Notes under the pieces: model-generated
What the model was told of the DNA's origin: nothing
What the model saw: only the letters and a program-made list of their open reading frames with translations
The model's database searches: none
Program-made: the position numbers and the translations under genes
From: Amphiscolops sp. MND2022
Taxonomy: Eukaryota
NCBI GenBank assembly: GCA_964187785.1
Contig: OZ076409.1
Location: forward strand, 95,668,001-95,732,000
Direction: 5' to 3'
Length of the DNA stretch: 64,000 bases
Part shown: one piece after another, positions 32,601 to 44,656 of the stretch
How positions within the stretch are numbered: the stretch's first letter is position 1
Layout of the letters: each line of letters begins with the position of its first letter

Positions 32601-35600
32601 TTCCGGGGTATTCGTTTAGTTGAAGATACTGAACGTTAACGTTCGTCGCTTCGAGTCTGTCTTAAATTTAAAAAAAAACGAGTGACTGTAATAGTCGGGC
32701 TCTTTTCTTAAGAAAAGCGCCGACTAAAAACAATCTGGCGTTTTTCCTGTTGATGAAACAGTTTTTTATATTGTGAAATTTCGAAATAGTCCAAATCTCG
32801 CCCGTTTTGACGAGTAAGATTACGATGTACAAAAAGTATACTAATATAGTATCGTACTAGTCAGTTCTTTTCATGAGAACATTTCTTGAAGATCTATTAT
32901 GGTTGGTGTCACGGTACTAACCAACAAGCCGGGAACGGCCCAAGTCGGCGCCATATCTAAGGCTTAAAAATAGCAAAAGGACTCAATGTGTCAAGTATTC
33001 TCTTCTACAGTATCCGTTTGAGGAAAAAATTTTAAAAATTCAATTTTTTTAAAAAAAATTTTCGATTTTTTTGGTCTCCGGTAAGTCGCATAACATCCAT
33101 TGTTTTGCAAAATAGATAAAATGTTTACGGCGAAATAGATAAAATGTTCTAGAAAGTTCTCTTCAATGTTTACAAACAGTGGCTAAAGATCACAAATACC
33201 TGTCAGACATAGAAGGTTTCATAAAGCAACGTTTTAGTCTACAAACATTCCCTGAAAATCTGCCTGGAGCTAAGAGCTGCAATCAAACTAAAGTGTTGAG
33301 ACTAAATTGTGTGACACAAGTTGTGTGTGGCCTTGACTTTGTTTTAGCAGGGTTGTTTGGGAAAAGTAGGTCTTCCCAATTTTGTTCAGGCCAGTTGTCT
33401 GGAAATCCAGTTTTGGGATTGAATTTAAGTAAACATGAAACCAGTCGCCATGTAATTTGCCTGCGTTTTATTGCTCCATATTTATTCCGCTCGATGGAAT
33501 CTGACGCAATTACGTGATAAGATATGATTTCCGTTTTTTAGTTGAATTTTATTGAAGGAAGGTTGTTCCCAAATCCTTGTTTGGTGAATAATCTTTCAAC
33601 ACATTTCAATTCTACTGTTTGCCTTTGAAAGGTTTCAGTTGCATTTGAGAAACAGTTTCGCCGCTTTTCGAAATGGGTTTATTTGGATACTTTAAGATGG
33701 CAAGAGCAACGTGCTGTTTTTGTACACCTAGAAAAAAGTTGTACTAAATAAAACTGAGACTTTGGGCCCAGAAAATGTTTAATGGTATTTTATACCGAAA
33801 TGAGATTTTACCTGGTTCCCTATAAACCTTGCAGGCTGTGGCGTCTCTAGAAATTTCAAAGGAAGAGGCGAAATCAATTTTCATCAGAGAAAAACTTAAA
33901 TGTATTCAAGTTTATAACTTTTGAATTGTATCGTTATAGCCCTAAATGAACGATAGGGTCGAATTCGTACTTGTTATTTTCTGCAAACTTTTGAAGGCAC
34001 CAGCTGACCGTATGGTGAAAAAACTCTTGACTCATGTTTTCAGACGATATTACGAAGCATTGCACGCCTTTCCACGGAATTTTGACTTGATGTCTCAGAA
34101 ATCAAGAAAACGGGACCAAAAAATCAAAAAATTGAGTGCAGATTTTCGGTTTTTCCACTTCCCGATTGTGGCCACTTTATCCCACTGGTATCAAGTTTGG
34201 ATCGCAGCGGCCCTGTCATGTTTTGAACCATGCTTGAAATGAAGTTTATTTCGTTTCAGCCCTAGTTTAATCAACCAACAGACGCTGGCACTGGCAGCTG
34301 CCACTGGCTTGTCTCTTCCCGCGATTGTAGCCGCCTTGTCGGGGTCTGGAACCTCACTGGCTGCAAACCCAGCGTCCGCCACAGGTGCAACTGCCATGCA
34401 GAACCCAGCAACCGCTGCCGGTCTGAACCCCTCAGCCGCACTTCTTTCCGCCCTTGCTTCGGGGGGTAACTGTTCCTCGCAATTAGCAGGGGGAGGTACC
34501 ACTGTTTCTGCCGCGGCTAATGCTACTAACCCGAATGCTGCTCTAGTAGCCGCTCTCATGAACAGTGCTGCGGCTTCTAACTCCTCGCTGCAAGGACAGT
34601 CAATGAGAGGTGCTGGCTCTGAGCAACAGAACTCTTCTCACAATGCCGCCGCAGCAGCCGCGGTTACGTCACAACAAGCGGCTTCCCTCAACAGCCAATC
34701 GCCAAATTATCTTCACAATCTTTCCAACACGCACTCTTTGGTTGGTCTTGTTTCGTTTCCATAACAGCTCAGAAGCGTTTTGACATATGAGATTTCTACC
34801 CATCCGTTATTGTTTGGCACTATTTCAAATTTAGGTCGATTTTTATAATAAAAAACTTTGATTTTTTTTTCGAAGCTGACCTACCGAAATTGTTTTTTTA
34901 AATCAATTTTAATGCATCAAAGGCGAATAGCTTAGTGGTTGCAACGCAAGGTTTTAAAACCAGAAGGTTAAGGGTTTTAATCACAACGTTATGACCTTTT
35001 CGTTGATTTTCTCAAAAGTACACATTTTAACGGATTTTTTTTCAATTCATGTATTTTGAGTCTTTGCGGGGCGCCAGCTAATACCGTTCCGGGTACTGTT
35101 CGCTCTCAAATCTCGGATACTGATGAAATTATTAACAGTCGGTAAAATTTTCGACTACTTATGCAATTGTACTTTTCTCCCGACCTGTCAATGAAAATTT
35201 CAAATATCTCAAAAACTGTTCATAGGATGTTAATTAGAATTTAGCAGTCATTCAACATCCAAAGGTGCGCCTGCGTACTTAATGATATCAAAATCGCAAG
35301 ACTGGGATCTGAAAAGATTGCCAAAATTAGTCCAAAAATGACCAAATGACAATGAAGGAGGAAATTTGTTTTTCAATATTTTAACCCGTTTCAGACTCCT
35401 TTACCTCACATGCGGCTCTGGTTCGATTTTCCGTAATGCACCTGCAAGAGATCAGTTCTGCGAATTGATGACATTTTCTCAGAAATTCTATCTCGCTTCA
35501 TGTGTTTTAAAGCTGGCACCGTATCTACACTGTAGTAATTGCCTCCTTCCGTCTTGTTCGGTACAGTGTGAAAAGCGACTGCATGCTACAAACCTAAATC

Positions 35601-37372
35601 TGCCTAATGACGTCGGCGAGCGGGAAAGACGTCTAAGTAATAACGTCCAAATGCAAACCGGGAAAAACGTCTGAAGCCAAGTCATGCTCCTTCCCTATCT
35701 TGAAACATTATATTGTAGACGTTATTCCCGAAACACTCTTGGACGTTATTCCTTAGACGTTATTCGCGCCTTTAGGCGACGCCATGATCTGATCGAAATG
35801 CCTGCCAGTTATTTCAGTTTTCTGGAATCGTTTAGTTTTTGTACGGTGACTCGAAATTGTTACCTAAGATAAGACTGCTGCATGAAAACGGAAATGTGTA
35901 AACGTGGTCGATTATGTACTACACCGTTTCCGCGTTCAGTGAAGCATATCAAATGTTAAATGAACAACAAATAAATATTGATTAGCTTGCTACAGCAAAT
36001 CTCAACTAAAGTTTACGAAATGGTAGCTTGAATGAACGCTTTATTTGCTCAAAATAGAATAGTGCGGGTAGTATTTTCATTGATGCTTCAAATTTAGCCA
36101 AATGAATGAGACTGCTGGAACTTTTTACATGTTGCAGGCTTGCATGCAGGGTAATTTTTATAAAACCTAGAAAATTCAGTAAGGTTCTGGTGGTAAATCT
36201 TGTACAAATACACTGCATTTTCCATTACTGCAACCCTTCTTTTACGGACACACCCGATCACGTTGTATTAACACTTTGATTTCTCAAATAATCATCTGAT
36301 TTGATCACCGCTTCTCAAAAAGGACGCTGAAAATGACGCTAGTTTGCTGTTTACATTGTGAATGAAGTTAATTTGCATTAAAATGGCGGCAAAATTGTTG
36401 AGGTCTCAGCTGCATTTAAAATTAGAACTGATGCACTGGGGTGTGGAACCGTACGGGTTTAATTGAAATTACGGTTTACGGGTTAGCGTCTACGGTTTAC
36501 GGTTTTAAGGTACGGTTTAAAAACACGTTTGCTTCATAAATATTTAAATTTCTTCATCAAAAATCTTTGTTATGTTATCAATGCTTTGTTATGTTCGCGT
36601 TTAATAACCAATATCACTATCAGTATGGTTGAACAATTTAAATCTGAAAGGAAATGAAAGGAGGAGTATTTCTGAGAAACGTACTTTTTTGTAGTTAGTA
36701 CGCGTGTCGTTTTCTCAAATACTACTGTTAAATGTATAAAACATTTCGGTATTATTTCTCAGAAATGTGTACGGTTCGCTTTTTTTCAGAACTACGGTTT
36801 ACGGGTTACGGTTTGGCACTACGGGTTTCGGTCCACGGTCTGAAAATCCCACACCCCAGCTGATGCATATTGAAACCTGCAGAACTTCACAACTTGAAAT
36901 TGCCGCCAAAACTTTGATGATTCTTTAAAGCAGCTTGATAAAAGTTGGTGACAACATGAAAATATTAACGCATTAAAGTTTCCGTAAAATATTTAGATTA
37001 TCATAATAAAAGTTGCTGGCAACATTAAAGTACCTGTAAAAAGTTCAAGCATGTTCAACAAGGGTTTGCTTCACTTGACAGCTAATATGGTTCACATAGC
37101 TTGTGATTGTATGTATAGCGCTTTCAATTTGAAGACCTGTGATAGGCACAAATTTTGGAACGATAGCCGAGACGGTTCGCTTAACATGTGATATGCTGCA
37201 CTGAACTCGGAAACGATGTATTTGTGACGCCCGGTTAAAGTTGTCATATATGGCTCTATAGATCAAGATATTGAAGAAAAAGTTATAGGTTGAAAACATG
37301 GAAAGCGATTTGTTGTTCTAGAGCGCCCCTGCGCATCTATACAGAGGGGCAAGACGGTTCACCCCCTACTAA
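12510..37372 (+). CDS. RBFOX: Rbfox/Fox-1 RNA-binding protein, 5'-partial; exons 12510-12563, 20222-20314, 22440-22509, 25011-25266, 27176-27421, 28812-29014, 30800-31046, 34260-34740, 37322-37372
   Basis: RRM reads [57 protein letters not shown], followed by Ala/Gln/Asn-rich exons and a C-terminal [10 protein letters not shown]. All introns are GT-AG with matching phases (0,0,1,2,2,1,2,0). Confidence 0.93.
15930..16333. mobile_element. Mutator-type MITE related to the 59318-61194 element
   Basis: TIRs with CAATTTCAACC subrepeats; 9-bp TSD gaataaagc/aaataaagc. Confidence 0.8.
16730..17586 (+). mobile_element. HINE family C carrying tRNA-derived segments
   Basis: 5' ACACTTGCGA-TAAGCAAGTGT hairpin; 3' TCGCAAGTGT followed by stem-loop GCGAAGC-ACG-GCTTCGC. 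Confidence 0.65.
16833..16888 (+). pseudogene. tRNA-derived (Glu-TTC-like) sequence, partly duplicated at 16905-16940
   Basis: A-box-like GGTCTAGTGGTAAG, TTTTCAA loop, B-box GGTTCGAACCC; no acceptor stem. Confidence 0.55.
20222..20314 (+). CDS. RBFOX: Rbfox RNP1 exon (93 nt)
   Basis: tttag|GGGTTT...ATTGAG|gtgtgt; GFGFVTF...EGRKIE. Confidence 0.95.
20617..21066. mobile_element. piggyBac-type MITE
   Basis: TTAA|CCCTAAATGGACCA ... TGGTCCATTTAGGG|TTAA. Confidence 0.88.
22440..22509 (+). CDS. RBFOX: Rbfox exon ending the RRM
   Basis: ttgcag|GTGAACAAC...AATC|gttagt; [15 protein letters not shown]. Confidence 0.9.
23232..23394. mobile_element. Tc1/pogo (Tigger-like) MITE
   Basis: TA|CAGTACACCCTCGATTATCCGCCACC ... 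GGTGGCGGATAATCGAGGGTTTACTG|TA. Confidence 0.88.
24112..24535. mobile_element. hAT-like MITE
   Basis: TIR TAGGCT(C/A)CGCAGAA(T/A)TTCA; 8-bp TSD aacccaac/aacccaat; related sequence at ~27600-28310. Confidence 0.75.
25011..25266 (+). CDS. RBFOX: Rbfox Ala-rich exon (AAGCAG NAGNAG acceptor, alternative start 25008)
   Basis: GC-rich open frame, phase 1 in and phase 2 out, donor gtaagt. Confidence 0.85.
25287..25778 (-). mobile_element. HINE family A, full-length copy
   Basis: AACAAGACGGGAACGTCTAAAGTCGGCGC ... AGTCGGGCTCTTTTCTTAAGAAAAGCGCCGACTAAAAA; near-identical to 32277-32729. Confidence 0.8.
25779..25951. mobile_element. pogo-like MITE (degenerate)
   Basis: CAGTCAAACTC..CGGACAAAA / TTTTATCCGAGTTCGACTG|TA. 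Confidence 0.55.
26614..26650. repeat. (CT)n microsatellite
   Basis: Uninterrupted CT run. Confidence 0.95.
27176..27421 (+). CDS. RBFOX: Rbfox Ala/Gly-rich exon
   Basis: tttag acceptor, gtatgg donor, phase 2/2; [10 protein letters not shown]...LTANQR. Confidence 0.85.
28812..29014 (+). CDS. RBFOX: Rbfox exon
   Basis: ttttag acceptor, gtgata donor, phase 2/1; LNTATPSS...GNQAT. Confidence 0.8.
29089..29495 (-). mobile_element. HINE family A copy
   Basis: Same terminal structures as 25287-25778. Confidence 0.78.
30800..31046 (+). CDS. RBFOX: Rbfox exon
   Basis: tttcag acceptor, gtgagg donor, phase 1/2; TLPGGAAVP...QQILN. Confidence 0.82.
31072..31647 (-). mobile_element. HINE family A copy (AGCCGGGAACGGC stem subtype)
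   Basis: AACAAGCCGGGAACGGCATAAGTCGGCGC ... GCGCCGACTAAAAA. Confidence 0.78.
32277..32729 (-). mobile_element. HINE family A copy
   Basis: Same termini and internal repeats as 25287-25778. Confidence 0.8.
34260..34740 (+). CDS. RBFOX: Rbfox long Ala/Ser/Asn-rich exon
   Basis: tttcag acceptor, gttggt donor, phase 2/0. Confidence 0.82.
36436..36859. mobile_element. hAT-like MITE
   Basis: TIR CTGGGGTGTGG; perfect 8-bp TSD CTGATGCA; TACGGTT subterminal repeats. Confidence 0.88.
37322..37372 (+). CDS. RBFOX: Rbfox terminal coding exon with PY-NLS
   Basis: gttctag|AGC...TACTAA = [16 protein letters not shown], matching the Fox-family RFAPY end. Confidence 0.9.
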   Translation, partial: SAPAHLYRGARRFTPY

Positions 37373-38546
37373 GAAGGTTCCCCGTGGATCCCGATGAACG
37401 ACCCGACCCCTCCAACAATCTCAAAAGCTAATAAATGTCTGGCAGCTATGACTAAGTAGCTACATTTAAATAGTAATATAAAGTCGGTATAGGATTTGCA
37501 AAGTATATATTTGTACAGAACTCTTTTTAAATATGAACTGCAGTGCTATTAGGGTTCAATTTTTGTGCAATATTTGTTCTTTTTTGATTCAATCAAATGA
37601 AATTGTTTTAATGAAATTTAATTTCAAAATTGTTCCTCACTTGGTACAATCTTTTTTATTTATGGTCACAACGTAATTTATTGCCAGGGTGCAAACGATG
37701 CAATGTCATTAGCTTTTCATGCAGTCTACTTTTTAGAGTAATTCTGAGTGCTGAAATTTTTGAATTATTTCAGTCTCAAACCACGGGTTCGTGTCCCAGC
37801 GGGGCAATGTTTTATTTGCAATTTCGAAAGTTGTGCAATGTCATTCGTTATTTGTATTCCATGTTCTATTTTATTTACAACATTATGTACCAGATAGCTT
37901 TTTGAACGTGAATAGAGAATCAGAATTTAATATTATTAACGAAGTCTTTCTTATTTGACCAATTTCGTACACGCGAGTTAGACTGATTCTAGAATACATG
38001 ATTTATGTGCACTATCTATGCCAAATACTTTCAACTTTTTGCTGCGAGTTGCCGTAAAAATTCGAGCCATCGGACTTAGAAGATAATTGTCATGAAACGT
38101 AATCAACATTTGTGATTCGCTTCTGAATTACCTCACATCAAAGAATTTACCAATAAGTGTGTAATTATCATTCGGTGGAATTTTACAGAAGCTAAACAGT
38201 GAGTACATTTCAGTTTTATACCTCATCTGGTAAGTTACATGTCTTGATGACAAGAAAAGGTCTAAAATTCTGAGGAAGAGAATTGAAAACCACCAAAAAT
38301 CTGTTCCTTTTGAACTGCGTTGGTTTTCAAGGACATCCTCTTAAACATGCTCTGTAAATTTTCAATAAAACTGAGTCAACAAAGTAATCCCTGTACGGAA
38401 AACACTGTTGGGAAACATCGGCAACGAAGCAAAACAAAGTTGTTTCTTATAGTTTTGAAAAGTCGGTTTTAGATTTCTATAAACTATAATGAAGTACTTT
38501 TCTTGATTTAACTTGAATGTCCTTTTTTGACGTTATTTCACACTGC

Positions 38547-39088
38547 TTTTTGGTCGGCGATTTTCTAGTGAAAAGTGCCCGACTCTTACAGTGGCTAGTT
38601 TTTTTAGTCGGCGCTTTTCTAGTGAAAAGTGCCCGACTCTTACAGTGGCTAGTTTTTTTTCGTCAGACTACAATCTCACTCTTATCGGGCCACTTTTCTT
38701 ACAATCGAAACTACTAAAACTACTACCATAAGGCCAAGTCCGGTCAGCGGAAATTAGTGCAAAAGGGCCCCCCCCTTTCATTTTTTACTACTTTAACGTA
38801 AGCTACAAAACCGGACGAGACTAAAGGGTCCCCCCTTTCGATTTTTTTTCAGCGTTGTGCGACGTTTCGAAAATATTTTAATGTCTCAAAAGAGTCCCCC
38901 TTTCGAGTTTTTTGATATTTTGCAACAGAATATATATTAATAAAGCTCAAGGGGTCCCCCTTTTACATTTTTTGGCACTATGCGACATTTTCTGAAAAAA
39001 AATCAAAAATTTCAATTTTTTTTTAAAAAAAATCTTGCGCTTTTTGAGCCTTAGATATAGCGCCGACTTTAGACGTTCCCGTCTTGTT
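38547..39088 (+). mobile_element. HINE family A copy with duplicated 5' end
   Basis: Two tandem 5' hairpin ends (38547 and ~38600); 3' GCGCCGACTTTAGACGTTCCCGTCTTGTT. Confidence 0.78.
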
Positions 39089-39630
39089 TCTTTTTCTGTT
39101 GACAATCTCACTCTGAGTGGTCCACTTTTCTTACAATTCTTACAATTTCCTATAATTCTTAGTTAGCTTACGAAGTAGTATTTTTACATCATCTAAGAAA
39201 CTCAACGGGGCCAAAGAGTCCCCCCTTCCAGTTTTTCGGCTTTGAGACTTTATTTCAATTTTTTTCATAAAAGGGTATCCAATTCGCCAATACTTTGACA
39301 TTTTGAAGTCCTTTTGCTATCTTTGAGCCTTAGATATGGCGATGACTTGGAAAGTTCCCATTAGAGTGCCAAAAGTGGGTATTTTGATTTTTTGCAGCGG
39401 ATTTCGCTGGACGGCAGTTTTGGAAAGCGTACAGCGTAATCCACTAACAACTGCTATTACGTTGCAGTCGATTCCACTCTTTTGGCGATTTTTCTGCAGC
39501 GAATTTTGCTGCAAAGCATTGGATTCCACTATCAAATACCTTAAACATTCGGATCTCGCAGTGGATCACGCGGGGCCTGTCTTGTTTGTTACAACTTTGT
39601 CCGATTCCGTGATTTGGGATAATTTAGAAA

Positions 39631-39945
39631 GTTCAAACACGAACAAACTAGGTACACAGAACCCTTTGTGGAGATAGAACTGCAGTTGCTTGTAGGAAAT
39701 GTTTCTCGAAATTGTAATGCTCTTGAGAGATTTCATAGGTTAGAATGTCAAAAAATTAAACACGATCAAACAAGATATCCAGTACGTGATCCAGTATTGT
39801 GATGATATAACTGCAGTTGCTTATAAGAAATGTGTCTCAAAGATGCTACGCTTTTTAGAGATTTCATGACTTAGAATGTCGAAAAAATTCAAACACGAAC
39901 AAACTAGATATCCAGCGCGTTTTGTGATGATTTAACTGCAGTTGC
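39631..39945. repeat. ~125-bp tandem repeat, about 2.5 diverged copies
   Basis: Recurring AAACACGAACAAAC...AACTGCAGTTGCT...TTAGAATGTC. Confidence 0.7.
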
Positions 39946-42602
39946 TCAAAACTTCCAGAAATGTTCCTCAAATTGTTTCCCCAAAATGTCAAAAATGCCA
40001 AAAAAACTTGTTTTTTTTAATTTAGTCACATTTACTTTGGACTTGTTCGTTGATCCAACATTTCATTAAGCTCGTTGTTGAAACATTAGGCTACGTAGTA
40101 CGCTACTCAAGAGAAAAAGAGGAATAAATACAGAAGAGGAATGAATACGTCAGAATAAAACTGCAAACTAGTCAAAAAACCATATCGGACCCAATATTGA
40201 CAACGCACTCCCAATTTTGGATATTTTTTGAGGTTAGAAAATCCAGCAGGCTCAACATTGAAACTTCTAGCATTCGAATATGTGTTTCAAAAAGTATGTC
40301 GGACAAAATTGAATTGGAACATACAAAATACAAAAGACACAAAATTCCTTTTTTCATCCACTTTGTTGGCAAAACTTTTTCAATAATTCAACAGTTCGGT
40401 GAATACGAAGATTGCAAGAACTCCAAGAAGGAAAAAGAAACTCTTCAGAATTCTTTTTGAAAAACAGAGTTTTTGATTTTTCGATGCCTTTAAATGTCCA
40501 GAGAAAGTCAGAAAATGAAAACCTGGCATTTTGTTTTGTTTTATCAAATTGGTCTCTTTTTGTCACTTTTGGATTGTAACGGCGACCGCTGAGCAACCTC
40601 AAATTTTTGGCAGTTTTCAACAATACGTTCAAATCTGACGTGGCATCCTGATCATGATTTGACATCGTACCTCATTCTAACGAAATCAATTTCAGAAAAA
40701 GCGTAAAGAAAAAAGTTTAACGAACTGTGTCAAAGCTTCCCAATTATTGACAGTTGGAGGTTTTTCTACTGACTTGCGTTTCGAAGTATTGCGTAGAAAT
40801 GTTCAAAAAATCCAAAATACTTCAATTAACCAAAAACCGCTGTAATTCTGTCGAATTCATATTTTTGAAGAGTCATTTCCGAAGTATTCTCATTCTCTGA
40901 CCGTTTTATGGTGTAGAAGTTTAACTTCAGGGACAGGGTTTTCAAAAAGAGTAAAATCGATACTTACAGAAGTGAACTAGAGTTGCAAAGTTTGTCGTTC
41001 TCATTTTTGTTGCGGAAAGAAGTTGTCGAGAAATTGCATTATAAAAGTCGAAGAACACCAAAAATCAAAAATAAGCAAGGCGCTACAACTTCAAGAAATT
41101 TGCACATGATTTGAAAACGAAAAACACTTCGATGAAAAATTGGCATAGTTTTGCCTCTGAGAGTTTTCGTCAAATAAATATGAGAAAAATTGGGAACGAC
41201 CCGAGTCAACTGCACTTTTAGGGCCTAAAATGCAAAATTTTTTGTATTTGCAAAATGACAAAAAATATGGAAGTTGTTATCGATAGCACAGTGCCAAAAA
41301 GTAATGAAAGGAGGACAGTGGAAACTTGAAAAACTACTTTGCGTAACTGGAAACTTCAACAAGACGTGTAAAAATAGCAAAATGAAATGGACGTTTTTAT
41401 GAAAAACTCATCAAAAAAGTTTCCAATCATCCTAAGGGTGCCTTTTGTGCTCGCAAAACCCTTCACAAGTTCGGATATAGCGTGCTGGGACAAATTCTAG
41501 CACTTTTTGATCCTACGCCTTTTCCTCAGTAAAACGCAATATAGTTCTGATAAACCGTCAAAAGTTTGGATATAGCGCTTTATTTTAGATATTATGTCAA
41601 AATTTTGAATAGTATTGAAAAAAATGGTGGATATATATTGAGAAGACCTAAAATTAGCCGGAAAATGAGAGATTTGAAGTTTTATAGTGCCGAAAAATGT
41701 AAAAAAGGGACCCTTTAGGCTTTTCGAAGCTCCAGTTTGTTGCAAAATATCAAAACAAGTTGAAGGGGGACTCTTCTGCTTTGGATTCGTATTTCACGTA
41801 AGAAGCTTTGGATGCGTTCAAAATCAAGAACTAAGCACTATTTGTTAAAAGTGCACATAGTGCACAAAAAGTGGACCATTCAGAGTGTCACTGACAAGAA
41901 AACTAGTCACTGTAATTGTCGGGTTTTTCTTTTTAAGAGAAAACGCGCCGACTAAAAACACTTCTAAAAAAAAACATTTTTTCCCAAAATTACAAAATGT
42001 TCCAAAGGGCAGAAAACTCACCAAACTCTATTTACAATTTCTGCGTAAACTGAAATGGTATAGAAATGGTAAAAGTTATGTTATTTCCAAGGCTCATTTG
42101 TGAACCGTTTTTTTGTTTGCCAGTTTTCGTAGCAGTAACGCAGCTCATCTTCAGATCTTTAGCCTGCTTATTTATTTCTCGTAACAACGAAGTAATGTTT
42201 TGTTTGAGATGAAGCGAACGAGCGTTACTTATTCATACGATGAGCGCTTGACCTGCTTTCAAATACGAAGTCGAAGTATTGATCGTATACGCTTGGTAAT
42301 TGTATTTGCTTTGTTCCAACGATGAAACTCGGTGTAAATTGGTACAGTGATTAACTGCGCTAAATAATGAATTAACAGGAGTGTATAGTTCTTTTTGATA
42401 TGTTTTTAACATTGAACTTTGAAGTTTCGTAGCCTAAAGCAGAATTGTTTCTGTTCCCTGTAGGGGCCTATTTTTTTCAAACCAAAAAGATCATAAACAA
42501 GGAAAGGGACCCTTTGATGACGCGAAATATTTCGAAAAGTCGCAGGCTCAAAAAACCCTAAAGGGGGAGACCCTTTTGTCTCGATCACCTATGCGAAAAT
42601 GG

Positions 42603-43151
42603 AACAAGCCGGGAACGGCCCAAGTCGGCGCCATATCTAAAGCTCAACAATAGCAAAAGGACTTCAATGTGTCAAGTATTCTCTTCTACAATACCCGTGT
42701 GAGGAAAAGCTGGAAGAAAATTCCGAATTTTTTTTTGATTTTTTTTCGAAATTTTTCTTAAGTTTTTTCGTCTCCGGTAAGTCGCATAGTGCTGAAAATT
42801 GTAAAAGAGGGCCTTTGGGAGTTTTTGAATATCCTTTCTTTTGCAAAATATAAAAAAATGAAGGGGGCCCTTTGGAGACATTTAAAAAATTTGCGAAAAA
42901 AAGCCTCACAAAGCCGAAAAACCTGCAAAAAACATTTTTGGCCATGGGTGGGACTCGAACGTCCTTCTGCTTGGCCGACATCAAAAACTATCCTAATCAA
43001 CCTCTATGCTAAGTGGCAGTAGAAGTTACAAGTGTGGCAGTTAGTGGACGCAGCTTATAAAGTTTATGAAATCTGTCACTTCGTTGGTCTTAAAAAAAAA
43101 GAAAAGTCACTGCTATAGTCTGTGTTTTCTACGAAATACGCTGACTAAAAA
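42603..43151 (-). mobile_element. HINE family A copy containing a tRNA-like segment (42938-43017)
   Basis: Family A termini; on the minus strand TAGCATAGAGG (A box) and GTTCGAGTCCCACCCATGGCCA (B box). Confidence 0.72.
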
Positions 43152-44288
43152 TAGTCGTTCATCCGTATTAATACTCGCAAATCCCGGATCCAGGTGCTGT
43201 CTCCTTTGGGTCAGTGGCCTGAAATTGGATTGCAGTGAAAGTGAAAATTATGGAAATATTCATGGAAAATGTCAGATCGAGCAATCTTCAAAAAAGTCCC
43301 TACTATACGTTTTCTGACGAGAATGCCGACAAAAAACTTTTAACGTCTTCAAATTTTTTGAGCGTATTCGAATGTCTTAGGTTTCTTTTGGTACCCTTGT
43401 GAATAAAAGTCCTGATGCCAATGTAAAGCAGTTGCTCGCTCGCGTTATAGAGACCGTTGAATCAAAACCCAAGTTAGAATATTGTTTGATGAAACTAACG
43501 TCATCCTCGGAAATACTTTGACAAAGTTTAGCTATTTCGGGTAGGCAGTCATTAATAAATCTTGATAAATGTTAATAAATGTGTTTATAAGACGGCAGTT
43601 TAGGGTTTCGGAAGCATCTGGCTTGACTTTATTGTTTTTCTCTGGCAATTATAGATGACATTATGCTATCCTAAAAGTACTGGAGGTATGCCAAGTACGA
43701 ATGTAATTGTTATACCTGGACCGAAAAAGCCAATACTCAAACTTCAGTGTTTGAATTATTTTTGAATCAAAAACACATCTAAATTTCGACTATATTTATT
43801 CAAAGCAGCTTCCTTTTTAGTGCTTCTAAGCTGGGTCAATCATTCGATTAGGATTCCTTCTTGCTTTCATACGTCTTTCTGAGAAAGTTCAAGTTCCAGT
43901 TCCAAAATTAATTATTTGCTCAAATTCCAGATTTTTCGCAACTTAGATGATAAAAAGAATCCATTCATGTCAATGTGTTTGACAAATAATTAATCAGTGT
44001 TCATTTACTTGCAAACATTGTAGCTGTTGTTTTGAGCCCAATGGATTCGGCATTTCCAGTTCCTGACAAATATAAAAGTAAGATAATGTGTACTAATTTG
44101 CCTAATGACCTGAGTTAGGTCAATTAATTCCTTCTATTCAAAAGAAACCAAACATAGTAAAGTCATTAAAGTAGATCCGAATCATTTCACGCTTACATGA
44201 CGGAACCATGGAATGTTGTAGGTTTTACTCCAGTGATCGAATACAGTAGAACTTTCCGAAACTCGAATCATGCAGCCTTGACGCACAA

Positions 44289-44656
44289 GGCTACATGTCA
44301 AAATCTCCTAGGTTAAAATCTCCTAGACCTAAATCTCCTAAAATTAGAATAAAAGAAACTCATCGAAAAACAATTCGTCAACTTAATTGAAGCGGAAAGC
44401 TGTTCGATTAAGAACAAAGGCTAACCTCGTTTATCGAAATAGCAAGATTGTTGGTATTTTCGGTATATTAACACCTTTTGGTGCATCCAGTCGACCACCT
44501 TTAATTAATGCTCTTAAAGTAACTTTCACACTATGAAATTCAATTTAGGAGATTATGACCTAGGAGATTTAGGTCTAGGAGATTTTAGCTCAGGAAATTC
44601 AGGTCTAGGAGATTTTAACTTGGGAGATTTAACTTAGGAGATTTTGACTTGATACC
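44289..44656. mobile_element. Mutator-like MITE with AAATCTCCTAG subrepeats
   Basis: Inverted arrays AAATCTCCTAG / CTAGGAGATTT; degenerate 9-bp TSD gacgcacaa/gacgcatac. Confidence 0.7.

Noticed and set aside
34191..34559. Minus-strand ORFs over Ala-rich exons (also 24991-25224 and 28813-29040) and over viral genes
   Set aside because: Antisense shadows of real plus-strand coding sequence.
38214..38229. 16-nt microexon-like tttcag...gtaagt
   Set aside because: It lies downstream of the Rbfox stop with no supporting frame or gene context.
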